DNA from: the human T2T-CHM13v2.0 reference genome, Homo sapiens
Strand: one strand, 5' to 3'
DNA: 64,000 bases
Assembly: GCF_009914755.1 (NCBI RefSeq)
Contig: NC_060930.1
Made by a program: the position numbers and the translations under genes. Shown here piece after piece: positions 47,914-64,000 of the stretch (position 1 is the stretch's first letter; the number at the start of each line of letters is the position of its first letter). The notes beneath the pieces were generated by a model that saw only the letters and a list, made by a program, of their open reading frames with translations, did no database searches and was not told the origin of the DNA.

Positions 47914-48349
47914 CTAAATTTAATAACAACATTTAATCATAACAAAATATGTATTTTACATCTTGTTAGCTGATAAAACACCACAGAGCTGTGGAAGCAA
48001 AGAGAACCATGGTGGAGATGCAGTTTCCACTAATGAAATACTTTCATATTTCTTGACTTCCCTGTAGACATAAATCATGGGAATTATATGACTTACATAA
48101 AAGAACTTCCAGTTATATGAGTTACATGTAATTAATTGAAACAAAGATGATTTTAAGCCTTTCTAAAAATAATTCCCATGAGAGGTAAAGGGAAGGGGGG
48201 ATGTTGTTAGGGTGGTAACGGGACAGGATCAGAGCCTAGAGGAAGTAAACAAAAGCTCAAAGCTCAAAGGACAGAATGAAAGATGTGTGAAAGGAGGGAG
48301 GGTTGTGTACAGAAGAGACCAAGCAGTGTTTTATCAAAAACTGGCCCAG

Positions 48350-48656
48350 GGATGGGCATGGTGGCTCATGCCTGTAATCCCAGCACTTTGGGAGGCAAAG
48401 GCAGGAAGATGGTTTGAGGACTGGAGTTCAAGACCAGCCTGGGCAACACAGGGAGATCTTGTCTTATAAAAAAAAACAAAAAAACACTAGCTGGGTGTGG
48501 TGGCACAGGCCTGTGGTCCCAGCTACTTGGGAGGTGGGAGGATGGCTTGAACCTGGGAGATCGAGGTTGCAGCGCACCAAGATCATGCCACTGGTACTCC
48601 AGCCTGGGAAACAGAATGAGACCCTGTCTCAAAAAAACAAAAAACAAACAAAAAAA
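48350..48656 (+). mobile_element. AluJ
   Basis: Diverged Alu. Confidence 0.82.
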
Positions 48657-49726
48657 CCCAACTTGCCCAGCTGCATCAGAACCGCCTCAGAGGCCTCTTA
48701 AAGTGAAGAGTCCCTTTAGAAATGCAAATTCTTATTTAAAAAAATAAAAAAAGAAGAGTCGTGGGTCCTTCCTTTCTCTTCTGAATCAACATAACTAGGG
48801 ATGACACCCAGGCCTACATGTTACAAACACTCAAGATGATCTGAAGTTTGAAAACACTTTACACGAGAGAGACTGAAGTAAGGAGACAAACTGTCTAGAG
48901 AGGGCTTTGAGGGCCAGAACAAGATTGGGGTGAGTAGGCTGTCTATAAGAAGTGGCTGGCAGAATTACCGCAAGAGACCTACAGGATTCCAGCACAACAG
49001 CAGGAACTGCAGGGAGAAACATCAGGTTATGAATTATGTGCCTGCAGATTCAGAGTCTCTAGTTTCAGAAAACAGACCACGAAACTGATTACTTTTCCCT
49101 TTATCATTAGAGATGCAGGTATTATCACTAATGTTTCTATGCCAGTTCAAAAAAGACTATCTGGGCATGTACATTCTGTGTTCAAAAGGAATCTGATTTC
49201 TCTTAAATGCCCTGGATATGTTATAATAAAAATGAGAATGAGAATAAGCAGCAGCAGCTAGGATTTAATGAATGGGTATGAAAGGTGTTTTATACACATT
49301 ACAATATACAAGATAGTATTATCATATATAAGGTATTTTATATACATTATCTCTAATTCTCACAATACTACCAAAAAAATAGCTCCACTAATATATTTTC
49401 TGTCCTATTCAAATACTTTCCAGCCAAGATAAAAGAGTTTCTGGGCATCAGGGAACAATGTCCAAGTTGCTTATGCAGAGGAACAGAGGAGTGGTATGTG
49501 ATTCCTGGCCAGGTAATCAATGCTCTCTCGCTTCCTGTGGGAGAAAGTTGGCTTCGGTGGGGAAGGAAAAAAAGGGATGGAAGCATTAGAGATGAGTGGA
49601 CATTCCCTAAGTAGTTCAGCTGGTTGGCATTTTCTGTGACAATCCTGGAAAGTCTCTTGCATGGCTCTTGCCACAGGCGACCTGTACCATCTCCCCAGGT
49701 CTGCACAGAAGGGAGGGCAGCCTTAC

Positions 49727-49853
49727 CAGTCGGCAGGTGCCCCAGGAATCCCACTGCCTGGGGCTGGCACCAGCACAGCATTCCTTTCCTCAGTCAGCCC
49801 TACCCACTGCTCCACAAGCTGGGCTTCCCGCTCCACATCGTCCTCTGTTTTCT
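49727..49853 (-). CDS. KIF13A: KIF13A exon ~28 (EKTEDDVERE...PGAPADW), 127 nt
   Basis: TTTTTTTCTGCAG| acceptor, CTG|GTAAGG donor, phase 1-2. Confidence 0.95.
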
Positions 49854-49928
49854 CTGCAGAAAAAAATGAGGAGATCAATGCCAACAAGAGAGAAAGTATG
49901 ACTTCTCAGTTTACAAGGAATAGATTTC

Positions 49929-50155
49929 GGCCTGGGCAACATAGTGAGACCCCATCTCTACCAAAAAAAAAAAAATAGTTGGGCAGGGTGGTGGTACGCA
50001 TGCCTGTAGTCCCAGATACTCAGGCAGCTGAGGTGGGAAGATCACTTGAGCCTGGGAGTTCAAGGCTACAGTGAGCTATCATCACATTACTGTACTAAAG
50101 CCTGGGCAACAGACAAGAGACCCTGTCTCAAAAAACAAGCAAACAAAAACAATAA
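49929..50155 (+). mobile_element. AluJ, 5'-truncated
   Basis: Diverged Alu. Confidence 0.8.
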
Positions 50156-50528
50156 ACAGATTTCACTCAGTGCTATCTATAAGTGGTTTAACCATCCACT
50201 ATGTCCCTAAAATGGATTTGAGTCTTTGAAGTTCAAGCAAGAGCATGCATAGGGAGCTAAGAGGGGCTTCAACACCAATTTAAGGAACTGCAAGCCAGAA
50301 ATAGCAGAAAGAGCATTGGAACAGCAATTATGAGACTGAGGTTATTTTACTGGTTCTGTAATTTGGGGAAGTTATCCAACAGATGAGTCTCCTTAACCTG
50401 TCAAACAGGGATAAAAGAAGTCGTATCTACTTCATGTACTTGCTGGAAGGATCAAATGAAATACGGATGTGACACTGCTTTATAGAACTATACATGATGT
50501 TACAAAGACAGGATTAAAAAACACCATA

Positions 50529-50850
<322 letters not shown>

Positions 50851-51582
50851 TTACTCTGTAAAATCACCTTTATTTTCCTCGAGGCTTATCATGAAAGGGA
50901 TTTTATCTGATATACTTTGAAATCCTCTTATTCATAATTCAACTCTGGGGCTCCCTGGGTACAGTCTAAGTGAGTTTTCATTAGCAGCCTGAGCACACAC
51001 ACAAGGCGACATCACATGTTGAGCCAAGGTGTTTTCCTGAGGGAGACTTTCTGCTAGCTTCTACATGAAATGGATTAACATGCATGATGTGTATGTTCTT
51101 TGCTGCAGAACCAACCACCGTGAGTGGACCATGATGTCTGGATGACAGACTAAGGATTTTAAGTGCATATTTCTACTCTAGAATCCAAGTGGCCACTGCT
51201 AGCATAAGCAAACTGCACCCTTGGAGCTGAGTGGCAGTGAATAGAGTTGTAGGGGCCACCCTGAACCAGCGGAGTGCATGGCAATGGCCCAACAGTGGAT
51301 AGGTGCTGACCTGCTAAGCGGTTTGGTTTCAGAAGTGACCCTTCAGCTGCTGTATGTCCTAGGTCCTGGTGCCTAAAGTACCTTGTATTGACATACTGGT
51401 ATTGATCACATTTGTGTTCATCAAAACGAAATTTGAATTTGACATTTAATGTCACAGTTTTATGAGATAATTCTGAGTTTTATGAAAACTTACTACTTTC
51501 AAATTTGGAGGCCTCTTAAACCAACAATGTATAATATGATTGACTGATGTCTATAATTGTTACAAGTTCACAAAACTAAACA

Positions 51583-51892
51583 GGCTGGGCGCAGTGGCTA
51601 ACACCTGCAATTCCAGCAGTTTGGGAGGCTGAAGTGGGAGGATCACTTGAGTCCGGGAGTTTGAGACCAGCCTGGGCAACAAAGTGAGACCCCATCTACA
51701 AAACATTTAAAAATGAGCCAGGAGTGGTAGCTTGTGCCTGTGGTCTCAGCTACTCAGGAGGCTGAGGCAGGAGGATCTCTTGAGGCCAGGAGTTAGAGGC
51801 TGCAGTGAGATATGATCCTGCCACTGCACTCCAGCTTGGGTGACAGAGTGAGACCCTGTCTTAAAACAACAACAACAACAACAACAAAAATA
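51583..51892 (+). mobile_element. AluJ with (AAC)n tail
   Basis: Alu consensus. Confidence 0.85.
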
Positions 51893-51987
51893 AGATACTA
51901 CTGTCCAGTTAGGGGAAGAAAACGACCTACTGCCATTGTGTAAAAGTGAAAAAGCTACTCCCCATAAAAGAGTTTGATCTCACATAC

Positions 51988-52087
51988 CTGTTTTATTGCT
52001 GACTTTTTTTATCTGTTCATCCAGGTATTCTCGTCGTTTAATGAGTGCATCTGACCACCTCTCCCTTACGCAGTTTAAGTCTTCTTC
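51988..52087 (-). CDS. KIF13A: KIF13A exon ~27 (EEDLNCVRER...KVSNKT), 100 nt
   Basis: GTTAG| acceptor, CAG|GTATGT donor, phase 0-1. Confidence 0.95.
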
Positions 52088-52873
52088 CTAACATCAGGGA
52101 GGGAAAATATTTTCCTGTAGACTGCACAGACAACGATTTCTTTCTTTCTTTTTTTAAAAGATGTTTAAATCAACTAGGAAATTTTTCATTAGGAAAAGCT
52201 GTTGAACATTGCTGTGTGATTAATATGCAAGAAAGCAGAGAGGCCTCAGTAACACTGCATGTTGATCAAGGATGCTGTTACCCAGAAATCAGAGCCCCTG
52301 GATCTCCAGAAGGATAATTATACTTAAAAGCAAGACAAGCTCAAACTATACCAGCTGTCAGATTTTTTTTACAATGAGTGTATGTATATTTAAATCGTAG
52401 CTATTCATTGCAGGATTTGTGATCCCAAACAGAAGGACAGCATGAACAGAGCCCAAACCAAGTAACAACAAATGGAATGGAAAATGACAGGCATTTTCAT
52501 AGCTCCATAGTTCAGTGGTCTGATAACATAGATTTTCTGAAATGCAAAGAGTAGGTCAGCAGAGAACTTTTCAAACTTGCCACAAACATTTTACTTCCAA
52601 CCACCACGAGGCTAAGCAAAAATCTCCCATGCAAACTCCAACATGCAGTCAGCCATGCTTTAAGAAATCCCCTAGGCAGCCATTGGACTGCACTGTGAAA
52701 AATGTGCCAGGAAGCGCACAAACAGCCGCAGGACGTTAGTCAATGGCATTGCTGAGATTCAAGGGGATACTGATATTTCCCTTAAAGGTTTTTCTTCGTG
52801 GAATTATGAGTAGGGAAAGAAAATCCATCAATTCTATTAAAAATGCTCTTTGACTTGCCTAATTCTAGTTTAA

Positions 52874-53234
<361 letters not shown>

Positions 53235-54083
53235 ACTGTACCCACATTTTACATGTAGGAAGGCACACTGGGAAAACATCCTTTGAAGATGTGTATGGAG
53301 AATCCGTACAAAGACTGGGAACCGAACCCAGAAAGCTTCATCTTGGTTTGCTGCTTTGACTATTTGTACGTAACCCCACACTCCATGATATCAGGCCAGT
53401 CAGTGCTGACTAGGTACAATCTCAATTTGCACATCTATATATTTTTTCTAGATTCCCAACCAGAAAAAGCTGAGATTTAAATTCTATAGGTTATGGAGAA
53501 CTAAGTGTGACCCAAATGAGAAAAGAAAGCTGGCTAAACAAAACACAATTATGCGCATAAAATGTCTCCAATTTTCCTATTCAGCAAAAGTCTTGTAAAG
53601 TAAAATGGCATATTACAACAATATTAGCTCTTGGATGTAAGGAGCAGAATGCACTTTAGCATGGGAAAGATAAGAGTCTATCTAAAAGATTATGGATGGA
53701 TAACTGCAATATTTTAAGATCATCCATTTTTTAAATTAATTAATTAGTTAATTAATTTGCAGGAGACAGGAGTTTTATTATTACTCAAATCAGTCTCCAG
53801 ATCATCCATTTTAATACAGTGATAATGGTCTTGCTTAGCAATAAGCCAGTAAATCGAGATGGCATAGCAAAAAGGCAATATTTAGTTATAAATTTTGAAC
53901 TGACAAGGCATCTATAGAAATAATATTGTGTTTGAATACATATAAAGCAAATCAAAAGCAAGTGAAAAACTGCATATTCTCGCTCTAGGGCCCTCCTTCC
54001 TCCTCCCTGGCCTCTGCTTTGCGAATGCTGGCAATTAGCAGTAGCTGTGCCCCATGCCACAGGATTGACAGCAGTAGCAATAC

Positions 54084-54122
54084 CTGATAACTATCCATAT
54101 CATCACCATCCTCATCATCTCT
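54084..54122 (-). CDS. KIF13A: KIF13A exon ~26, 39-nt cassette exon (RDDEDGDDMDSYQ)
   Basis: TTTTTTCCTACCAG| acceptor, CAG|GTATTG donor, phase 0-0; matches the 13-aa segment recalled as isoform-variable. Confidence 0.92.
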
Positions 54123-54339
54123 CTGGTAGGAAAAAATAAACACAAAGGACAAGCATTTTGTTTTTCAAACCACATACAGGGAAAATAATTATTTAAGCTT
54201 AACACACATTAAAATGGACAGCTTACCTAACATAAGCAAAATAAAACACTAAATTGAATCTCAAAAAAGGTAAAATGGATTTAATTCACTTGTCTATAAA
54301 GAATTTTTCACATAAAGAGTCACTGAAACATAAAAACTT

Positions 54340-54640
54340 GGCTGGGCTCATGCCCGTAATCCCAACACTTTGGGAGGCTGAGGCAGGAGGATCTCTTGAA
54401 GCTAGAAGTTTGAGACCCGCCTGGGCAACAATAGCAAGACCCCATCTGTACAAAAAATTTTAAAAAATTAGCTGGATTTGGTAGTGTGCAACTGTATTCC
54501 CAGCTACTTGGGAGACTAAAGTGGGAGGATCACTTGAGCGGAGGAGATGGAGGCTGCAGTGAGCTCTGATTACACCACTCCACCTCAGCCTGGGCAACAG
54601 AGCAAGACCTTGTCTCCAAAAACATAAAATAAAAATAAGA
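54340..54640 (+). mobile_element. AluJ
   Basis: Diverged Alu. Confidence 0.82.
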
Positions 54641-55831
54641 AATCTCTTAGCTGGAGATAGGAACCAACATAATTGGGCCAGGCCTTATACCACTGTCATA
54701 CAGACAGCTGATATGTATTTTGGGGTAGACTATTTGACTGAGATTTGAGATAGGCTTAGGAAGACAGAGTGGCAAAACTACAGGGAACATTCTCTTGCCC
54801 AATCTCAGTTTGAGCAATGAGGCAAACATCCTTTAAGCCTTAAAGGATGAAATGATTTAACCTTAGGACCACACAGATAATGGCAGGTCAGAACTGTAAG
54901 CCATGTCTGAGGTCTCCAACCTCAGCTGTCTTCCCTGATGCAATCATCCCAGGGGAAAGCTGGGGCAACCTCAGGCTATATACATACAAGGGTCTGTACT
55001 ACACTGTTGAAATAAAAGCAACAGCATACTATTTGGAATATAAGGATTGGTCAGTACTCTCTATTGACCATAACAATCACTTGAAAGAATCATAACTGTC
55101 CCAAACACAGGGCAACATTGTAAAATAAATAAACAAAGTAACAATTTTTGCAAAAACATTTGGCAAAACAAAGTAATCACGTTGAAAACAAAAGGGTCTT
55201 GGTAGAAAAAAATTTTCCTTATAAACGAGAACCTAGAATCCCTTAATTTAGATTTATGACTAAAAAGTGCTTTAAGAATATAGTCAAAATTATTTTCATA
55301 TATACTTCAAAATGAACTGCTTTTTTTTTTTTTTTAGTTTGGTAACCACCATTATCAGTTATATGACTAACTTATTAAATGTAATCCTAATCCTGAAGTA
55401 ATTTATCTTGAACTAATGCTTCCTATTAATGTAAAAGAACAAATGGCTCTAATTTATCATAACTTTTTAAACTATGGAGGTAGTTCTATTAACTGAAAAT
55501 TGGCCTAAGCATTCATGACATGAAATTGTTGCAAAACCAGCATATTCTGCATTGGTTTCAGCTACTGCATGAGAATAATTCTTTTTTTTTTTTTTGCATC
55601 AGAATAATTCTAAAACACTGTGACAACAACAAAAACACTTAACAGACGTGACCTGGAACATGGCAGCAAAGAAAAAAAAAGCCTTTAAAATAGTTACAGT
55701 CCAAATTTTAAGCACTATGCTCTTAAAGAGCACATAGCACTGGGGAAAGGCTAATATTTTAAAGTTTACAATTTGACAAAAATCAGTTTTAACTCAGAGG
55801 TAGAGCTGTTTTTTAAAAAATGTGAACAGTT

Positions 55832-56477
<646 letters not shown>

Positions 56478-57302
56478 TTAGTTAGTTGATGACCCATATA
56501 CTTATACTGCAGGTCACAGTTTGGAGCACACAGCCGATGTTTTTATTGAACACCAGAGATTTATTAAGCCACAAAATTTTATTGTGGACAGGGACCTCAG
56601 AGGATTATTAAGTCTACTTCATCAGTTTGGAGAAAAGGGGAACTCAAAGTTTAAATTTTCCAGCCAAGATAACCATTTAGTAAAGCTCAACTAGACTTAA
56701 GAACCCAGGTTTCCTGACTCCCAGTCTAGTGTTCTCTTTCGACCGTGCAGCCACGTAGAAGTTGATGGCTAAGTGAAGGACTGAACTGCTATGAGAATAC
56801 CTACAATCCCATTTCCTGCTCCACGGGCTGCACACACACAAGGAAAAGTCTGGTGGAGAAGCCTACCAAACCACAGCAGCCCTGTCCTTGCACCTACACT
56901 CATACTCTGAATGAAGTGTGGACAGATGTTCCGAGCTAGAGGGAATTTTGGGCTTGAAGAAGGCAGGCAGCATCTGACAAAGCTATTACTGCCTTGAAGT
57001 TCAATAGTCTGTGCACTGACTTTCAGCTTTCAGAAGAGACTTTGCCTGAAAGCCAGGAAGCCAAAAGGAAACTAAGATAGAAGAGAAAACATCCTCAAGA
57101 TTGGCTGGGCTTACACTCAGACTCCACAGAGAAATGTTTTCTCCTCGGCACGATAGGGAGAGTGCTCCCGATCACATATGACGGTGAGGGAGGCAGATTT
57201 AACAGTGATTCTTCCCAGTTCCTAATTCATATCTGGTAGTAAACTGGGGACTCAATGAAGCACACACATTTTTTTTTAGGCTACTGGGGGACAAGATCCT
57301 AA

Positions 57303-57597
57303 TTTTATTTTTTTTGAGACAGCCTTCCTCTGTCACCCAGGCTGGAGTGCAGTGGTATGATCTTGGCTCACTTGCAGCCTCTGCCTCCTGGGTTCAAATG
57401 ACTGTCATGCCTCAGCCTCCTGAATAGCTGAGATGACAGTCATGCACCACGACACCTGGCTAATTTTCTGTATTTTTAGTAGAGACGGCGTTTTGCCATG
57501 TTGGTCAGGCTGGTCTCGAACTCCTGGGCTCAAGTGATCCTCCCACCTCAGCCTCCCAAAGTGCTGGGATTACAGGCATGAGCAACCGCGCCTGGCC
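57303..57597 (-). mobile_element. Alu
   Basis: TSD caag(a/t)tcctaatttta. Confidence 0.85.
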
Positions 57598-57830
57598 AAG
57601 TTCCTAATTTTAGAGATTCTTTTCATGGAGTACTGAATAGTTCTGACTGATAATACGATCAATTCTTAGATCAATTCTTAGAGGTTTTCATCTTTTTATT
57701 TTTAAAATGAGAATGTTTAGAAAATGAAGATTTAATGAGCAAAAATGATCATAAGGACAAATTTTAACAAAAAAAGAAGTAAAGCTTTCAAAGAACTGGT
57801 TTATTATGACAGTGTATGAAAATAATTTTA

Positions 57831-58140
<310 letters not shown>

Positions 58141-58464
58141 CACACACAAAAAAACCCAAAAAGTGGATCAGGTCAGGCAGTAATGCCAAAGATACAACAT
58201 ATTTTGGGCCAGATATAAAATAAAATCTGCCTAAAGTTAATGACTACTATAGCATTAGGATGCGTGTGTTTATAAATAAAATTATTATTAACTGACACTA
58301 AGCAAACAGATTTTAAAGCTAGAAAAAAGGCAATGGATGGAAATGTGAACTGGGGGAAGATCTACGGTTAAGGCAAAGAGTTCTGTTATATTGGCAAAGA
58401 GGTCCCCCTGGGACCTGCATTAACCAAGCTTTGTTAAATACTATTTTAAGTCTGCTTGTCTTAC

Positions 58465-58611
58465 CTGGTAACTGTCCAACCCTCTTTGGAGTTTGGTGGA
58501 CCTGGCAGTTACACAGCCGATGGATACTGACAGGATGGCTTCAACCATAAGTGGCAGTGTCCCTGAATGCTGCACAGGTTTCACCGTGACTTGTACTCTA
58601 CGGGAATGACC
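58465..58611 (-). CDS. KIF13A: KIF13A exon ~25 (GHSRRVQVTV...GLDSYQ), 147 nt
   Basis: TTCAG| acceptor, CAG|GTAAGA donor, 49 codons. Confidence 0.96.
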
Positions 58612-58787
58612 CTGAAGAGGGTGGGGAGGAGTATGGGTGCCAGGAATGATAATGAAAAGGAACGGGATAAAGAAGGGGAAAAGGATTAGAGAATAAAGAT
58701 ACAAATAGTTAGAAAATCCCCAGAAACAATGTGTAAGAGTGGAACAGAGAGAAAACATTAAAAAAAAACCCAAAACAAACTCAGTAC

Positions 58788-58920
58788 CTGTCTAAGTTGA
58801 AAGATGCCTCCTGTGTTGACATCTTTTGCCTGATGAAGTTCCACTGCAGCATACTCTCCTAACTCATTCAATTCTAATATGGAGATCCACATTTCTATTC
58901 TTCGCGTTACTTCATTCCAC
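58788..58920 (-). CDS. KIF13A: KIF13A exon ~24 (WNEVTRRIEM...GIFQLRQ), 133 nt
   Basis: CTGCAG| acceptor, CAG|GTACTG donor, phase 2-0. Confidence 0.96.
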
Positions 58921-59089
58921 CTGCAGAAACACATTCCAACAAGCAAGAGCGTCATCGTCCAGGGATACTGTTAGTAATAGTAATAAGCCACCATTCACTG
59001 AGCACTTACTATGTGCTAGGCACTGTGCCATTTATCTTGTATAAGTTACTTCCTTATTTAACTCTCAAAACCAACCTGTCATATTGTTT

Positions 59090-60282
<1,193 letters not shown>

Positions 60283-60397
60283 GGTGGTTGGTAATTTCTT
60301 TCATCATTCTCATTTTACAAACGAGGAAATAGGCTCAGAGAAGTTAAATAACTTGTCCAAAATAACGGCAGCAGTCCCAGAATTCAAAGCCTGTATT

Positions 60398-60757
<360 letters not shown>

Positions 60758-60886
60758 ATTCTTTTTTTTTTTTTTTTAAATGATTTTATTTTTTTATAAG
60801 CAGCCTCCTAGGCCAGAGTAGGTTCAGAGACTCTGCTCAAGTCCTAGTCTTAACCTTGTACCTAAAGCTCACAGCCAAGTACAAAC

Positions 60887-61038
60887 CTGTCATGCAGTGT
60901 TCTTGTCTTAGCATGAAGAGAATCGACCTCCCAGATGGAGCTGCCATTTCCAGCACACCGGTGGCCCCATACTTCAATGGCCAGTGCTCCATCTGAAATG
61001 AACTCCAGAAATTCTTCTGTTACATTCACCACATAGTC
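60887..61038 (-). CDS. KIF13A: KIF13A exon ~23 (DYVVNVTEEF...KTRTLHDR), 152 nt
   Basis: CCCAG| acceptor, CAG|GTTTGT donor, phase 0-2; absent from the ORF track, translated by hand. Confidence 0.95.
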
Positions 61039-61176
61039 CTGGGATAAGTGGGGGAAAGCAAAAGAATTATGCTTAAAGGAGTCTGTGAAATTTCCTTTTG
61101 ACCTTTCAACTGTTATATTTATTTTAGAGTATATTAGCCTGATCGTGACCTTAAATCCGTCTCTTCTGTTTTATAG

Positions 61177-61546
<370 letters not shown>

Positions 61547-61834
61547 TCAACCCGTTTCTTATATCAATAAAGAAAATGAAGAAAGCAAATTGTCCAAAGT
61601 CATACGGTTTGTTAGTTGCAAAGCTGAATCTACATCGTCTTACACTTGGTTCATTCTCAGTTCCACAGGACCACTCTGATTTTCAGCTGGCATAGACTAA
61701 CTCAATGAACTGTTCCTTGCCATGGCTTAGGAGAATAATAACAGAATTAAATTTTATATGGTTATCTTCATGACTTTATGCTCTTGCTCTTAAGCTTTCC
61801 TACCCTATTTCCTCTTTCCAAAACACAAACAGAC

Positions 61835-62135
61835 AGGGCAAGGTGACTCACGTCTGTAATGCCAGCACTTCGGGAGGCCAAGGCAGGAGGATAGCTGGAC
61901 AAAGTGACCAGGAGATAGTGACCAGCTTGGGCAACAAAATGAGATCCTGTCTCTACAAAGTAAAAACTAGCCGGGTGTGGTGGTGCACACCTGTAGTCCC
62001 AGCTACTCAGGAGGCTGAGGCAGGAGGATTACTTGAACCCAGGAGTTCGAGGCTGCAGTGAGCCGTGATTGTGCCACTGCATTCCAGCCTGGGCAACAGA
62101 GTGAGACATCGTCTTTAAAAATAAAAACAAACCCA
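61835..62135 (+). mobile_element. AluJ
   Basis: Diverged Alu; TSD aaac(a/c)caaacaga. Confidence 0.82.
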
Positions 62136-62410
62136 AACAGATGATTGTGAGGAAATGAATACTGAACTGACTGAGATGGGTGGCAAATCACCCAGAAAAA
62201 CGAAGTAGGCAACGAGCCAAGCTAATTTTCTTTCCATTAGTCTTTAGGTGGAATCTCAGGTGAAGACATTGCTTGTGACTCTAATTTGCAGAAACAGTTG
62301 TGCTATATTTATTTAACCATATAGTATCTGCTTTTTAGTCTATTTTATTTGAAGATAGACCCAGAATTTAAGAAGAAAAAGAAACTTCATGACAATCTAT
62401 ACATTTTAGC

Positions 62411-62480
62411 GATGAAAAAACTCCAAGATGAAAAAACTCCAAGATCACAAGAGATCCAAAAAACTCCAAGATCATAAGAA
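62411..62480. repeat. Short tandem duplication (gatgaaaaaactccaa x2 plus a third partial copy)
   Basis: Read directly. Confidence 0.8.
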
Positions 62481-63483
62481 CCCAGAAGCTCTGGGACTAG
62501 CATTTATTAAAACAGCTGTTAACCAGGACACAGTTAAAATTCAGATTTCATCTTTCTAAACAAGCAGCTTTGTGGATTCAAAGAAAGATGGGGAATATTT
62601 AAAATAATATTCAGAGAACAACAATAAAAAATGATTAATAAAGATTTTGAGGAACAGACTTGTTGAATACAGATAAATGTATGCTATTTGTTTTCAGAAA
62701 AAGAAAAACTTGACAGCCCTTACCTATGTGAAATTTTATAGGTGGTGATATGGATTCGTTTTCTAAGTGTAGAACCAGAAAGAATAAGCATGATTTGCAA
62801 AAGAAGGGATCTTGTGTATCTATGAAGGGAAGTCTAAGGAAAAACAAAACTATAGAGAGGATGGAGCTGGTCTTTTAGAAATGACTTGTCAGCAGTCCTT
62901 GTGAAAGCCAGGAAGAGTATATGATGTCTCAAAGGAGATCCAACCACATTCACCACAAATTCACCTTTCCTTTTTTTATATTTTCTCATATGACTTATGA
63001 GAAACTCTATATGAAACATATCACTCATATGATACATTAGAATGTAATGCTATATTCATAAGAATCAGATGTATAGCAACTTACATGTTAAGATGCGCAA
63101 ATTCTGAAATATGTATAATATGATCCCACTTTTGCATAGCATTTTTAAAGAACTTATGTGTGCATGATGTAAAAGGGTGTATGTACATATGTTATGACAC
63201 ACATATAAAAGATGCAGAGCATAGAAAGTAGTTTAATGAAATATGTAGCAACCTGTCACTGGTGGTTTATATCTTTGGGGAACAAGACTGTTGGTAGAGA
63301 TCTTTTAGATTTTATTTTAAATATTTCTAAACTATTTGCATTTGTAATGAGGTACATTTTTGAGGTTAAAACATCTAATAAACATATTATACTTAAAACA
63401 AATGCTTGTGGGGACAACTGATTGTTGAACTGCACCAATTTCTGCTGCTTCCTACACAGCTCATTTGGTAATGGCATTTGTAC

Positions 63484-63657
63484 CTTACAGTGGGAGAAGG
63501 TCACTGTGTACTGGGCATCCTTGGACTGTGGTGAAGGCACCTCGGGGTCCACCACCGGGGCAGCCACCGTAGACTCACACTGGTCCCAGAATGTGTATTG
63601 ACAGAAGACAAAATTTGAGAGGTTTAAGGGCAGCCCCGTTGCTTCTTTAATTTTTAC
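63484..63657 (-). CDS. KIF13A: KIF13A exon ~22 (VKIKEATGLP...TVTFSHCK), 174 nt, phase 0-0
   Basis: CTTCAG| acceptor, AAG|GTACAA donor, 58 codons; inside ORF 63256..63690. Confidence 0.96.
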
Positions 63658-64000
63658 CTGAAGAGATAAACAATACAAATAAAACTCCAATGAACACTAA
63701 ACATTCTTTCATTTCAGCTACCTCAAATTTAAGAGTAAGCGATGAAACAAATCGGTCATCCATTTGACATGTGAAAATATTATATCTGACACCGTGACAC
63801 TAAGGGTTGTATCGATAATGAAATCTGTACCACAGTTCTGTAACTATAGTATATAAACTTGGCAACAAATACACACATTCCTGCAAAAGCTTCCTAATGA
63901 CTGAGATGCAACCTTTAATAGAAAAACATAATTCACTAAGCAACATACACTTCTTGCATGTCAAATACATAAACACTTTTGAAATTTGATGCAACTGTCA

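Overview
Primate (very likely human) genomic DNA, saturated with Alus. The right ~40 kb holds the 3' half of the kinesin-3 gene KIF13A on the minus strand. I rebuilt 18 coding exons (exons 22-39 by counting back from the last coding exon) base by base; they join in one continuous frame from VKIKEATG... to ...VLCCQ*. The structure includes a 39-nt cassette exon (26), a 105-nt cassette exon (38), one GC-AG intron, and a distal alternative last exon (GGTTSR*) reached from an internal donor in exon 39. The left ~23 kb is intergenic and built mostly from transposons: the 5' end of an SVA, a fragmented old L1 hosting Alus, a Y3 RNA pseudogene and a 1.06-kb TSD-flanked non-canonical retro-insert, a solo LTR12C inside an Alu, and MLT1, Charlie and MIR fragments. 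Nearly all ORF-track entries are Alu, L1 or LTR artefacts. I see no novel multi-gene system. The best leads are extra possible KIF13A 3' ends (an in-frame cryptic exon, exon-38 read-through to an AATAAA, a transposon-donated poly(A) signal) and the orphan retro-insert. Repeat family names and boundaries come from recalled consensus sequences and are approximate.
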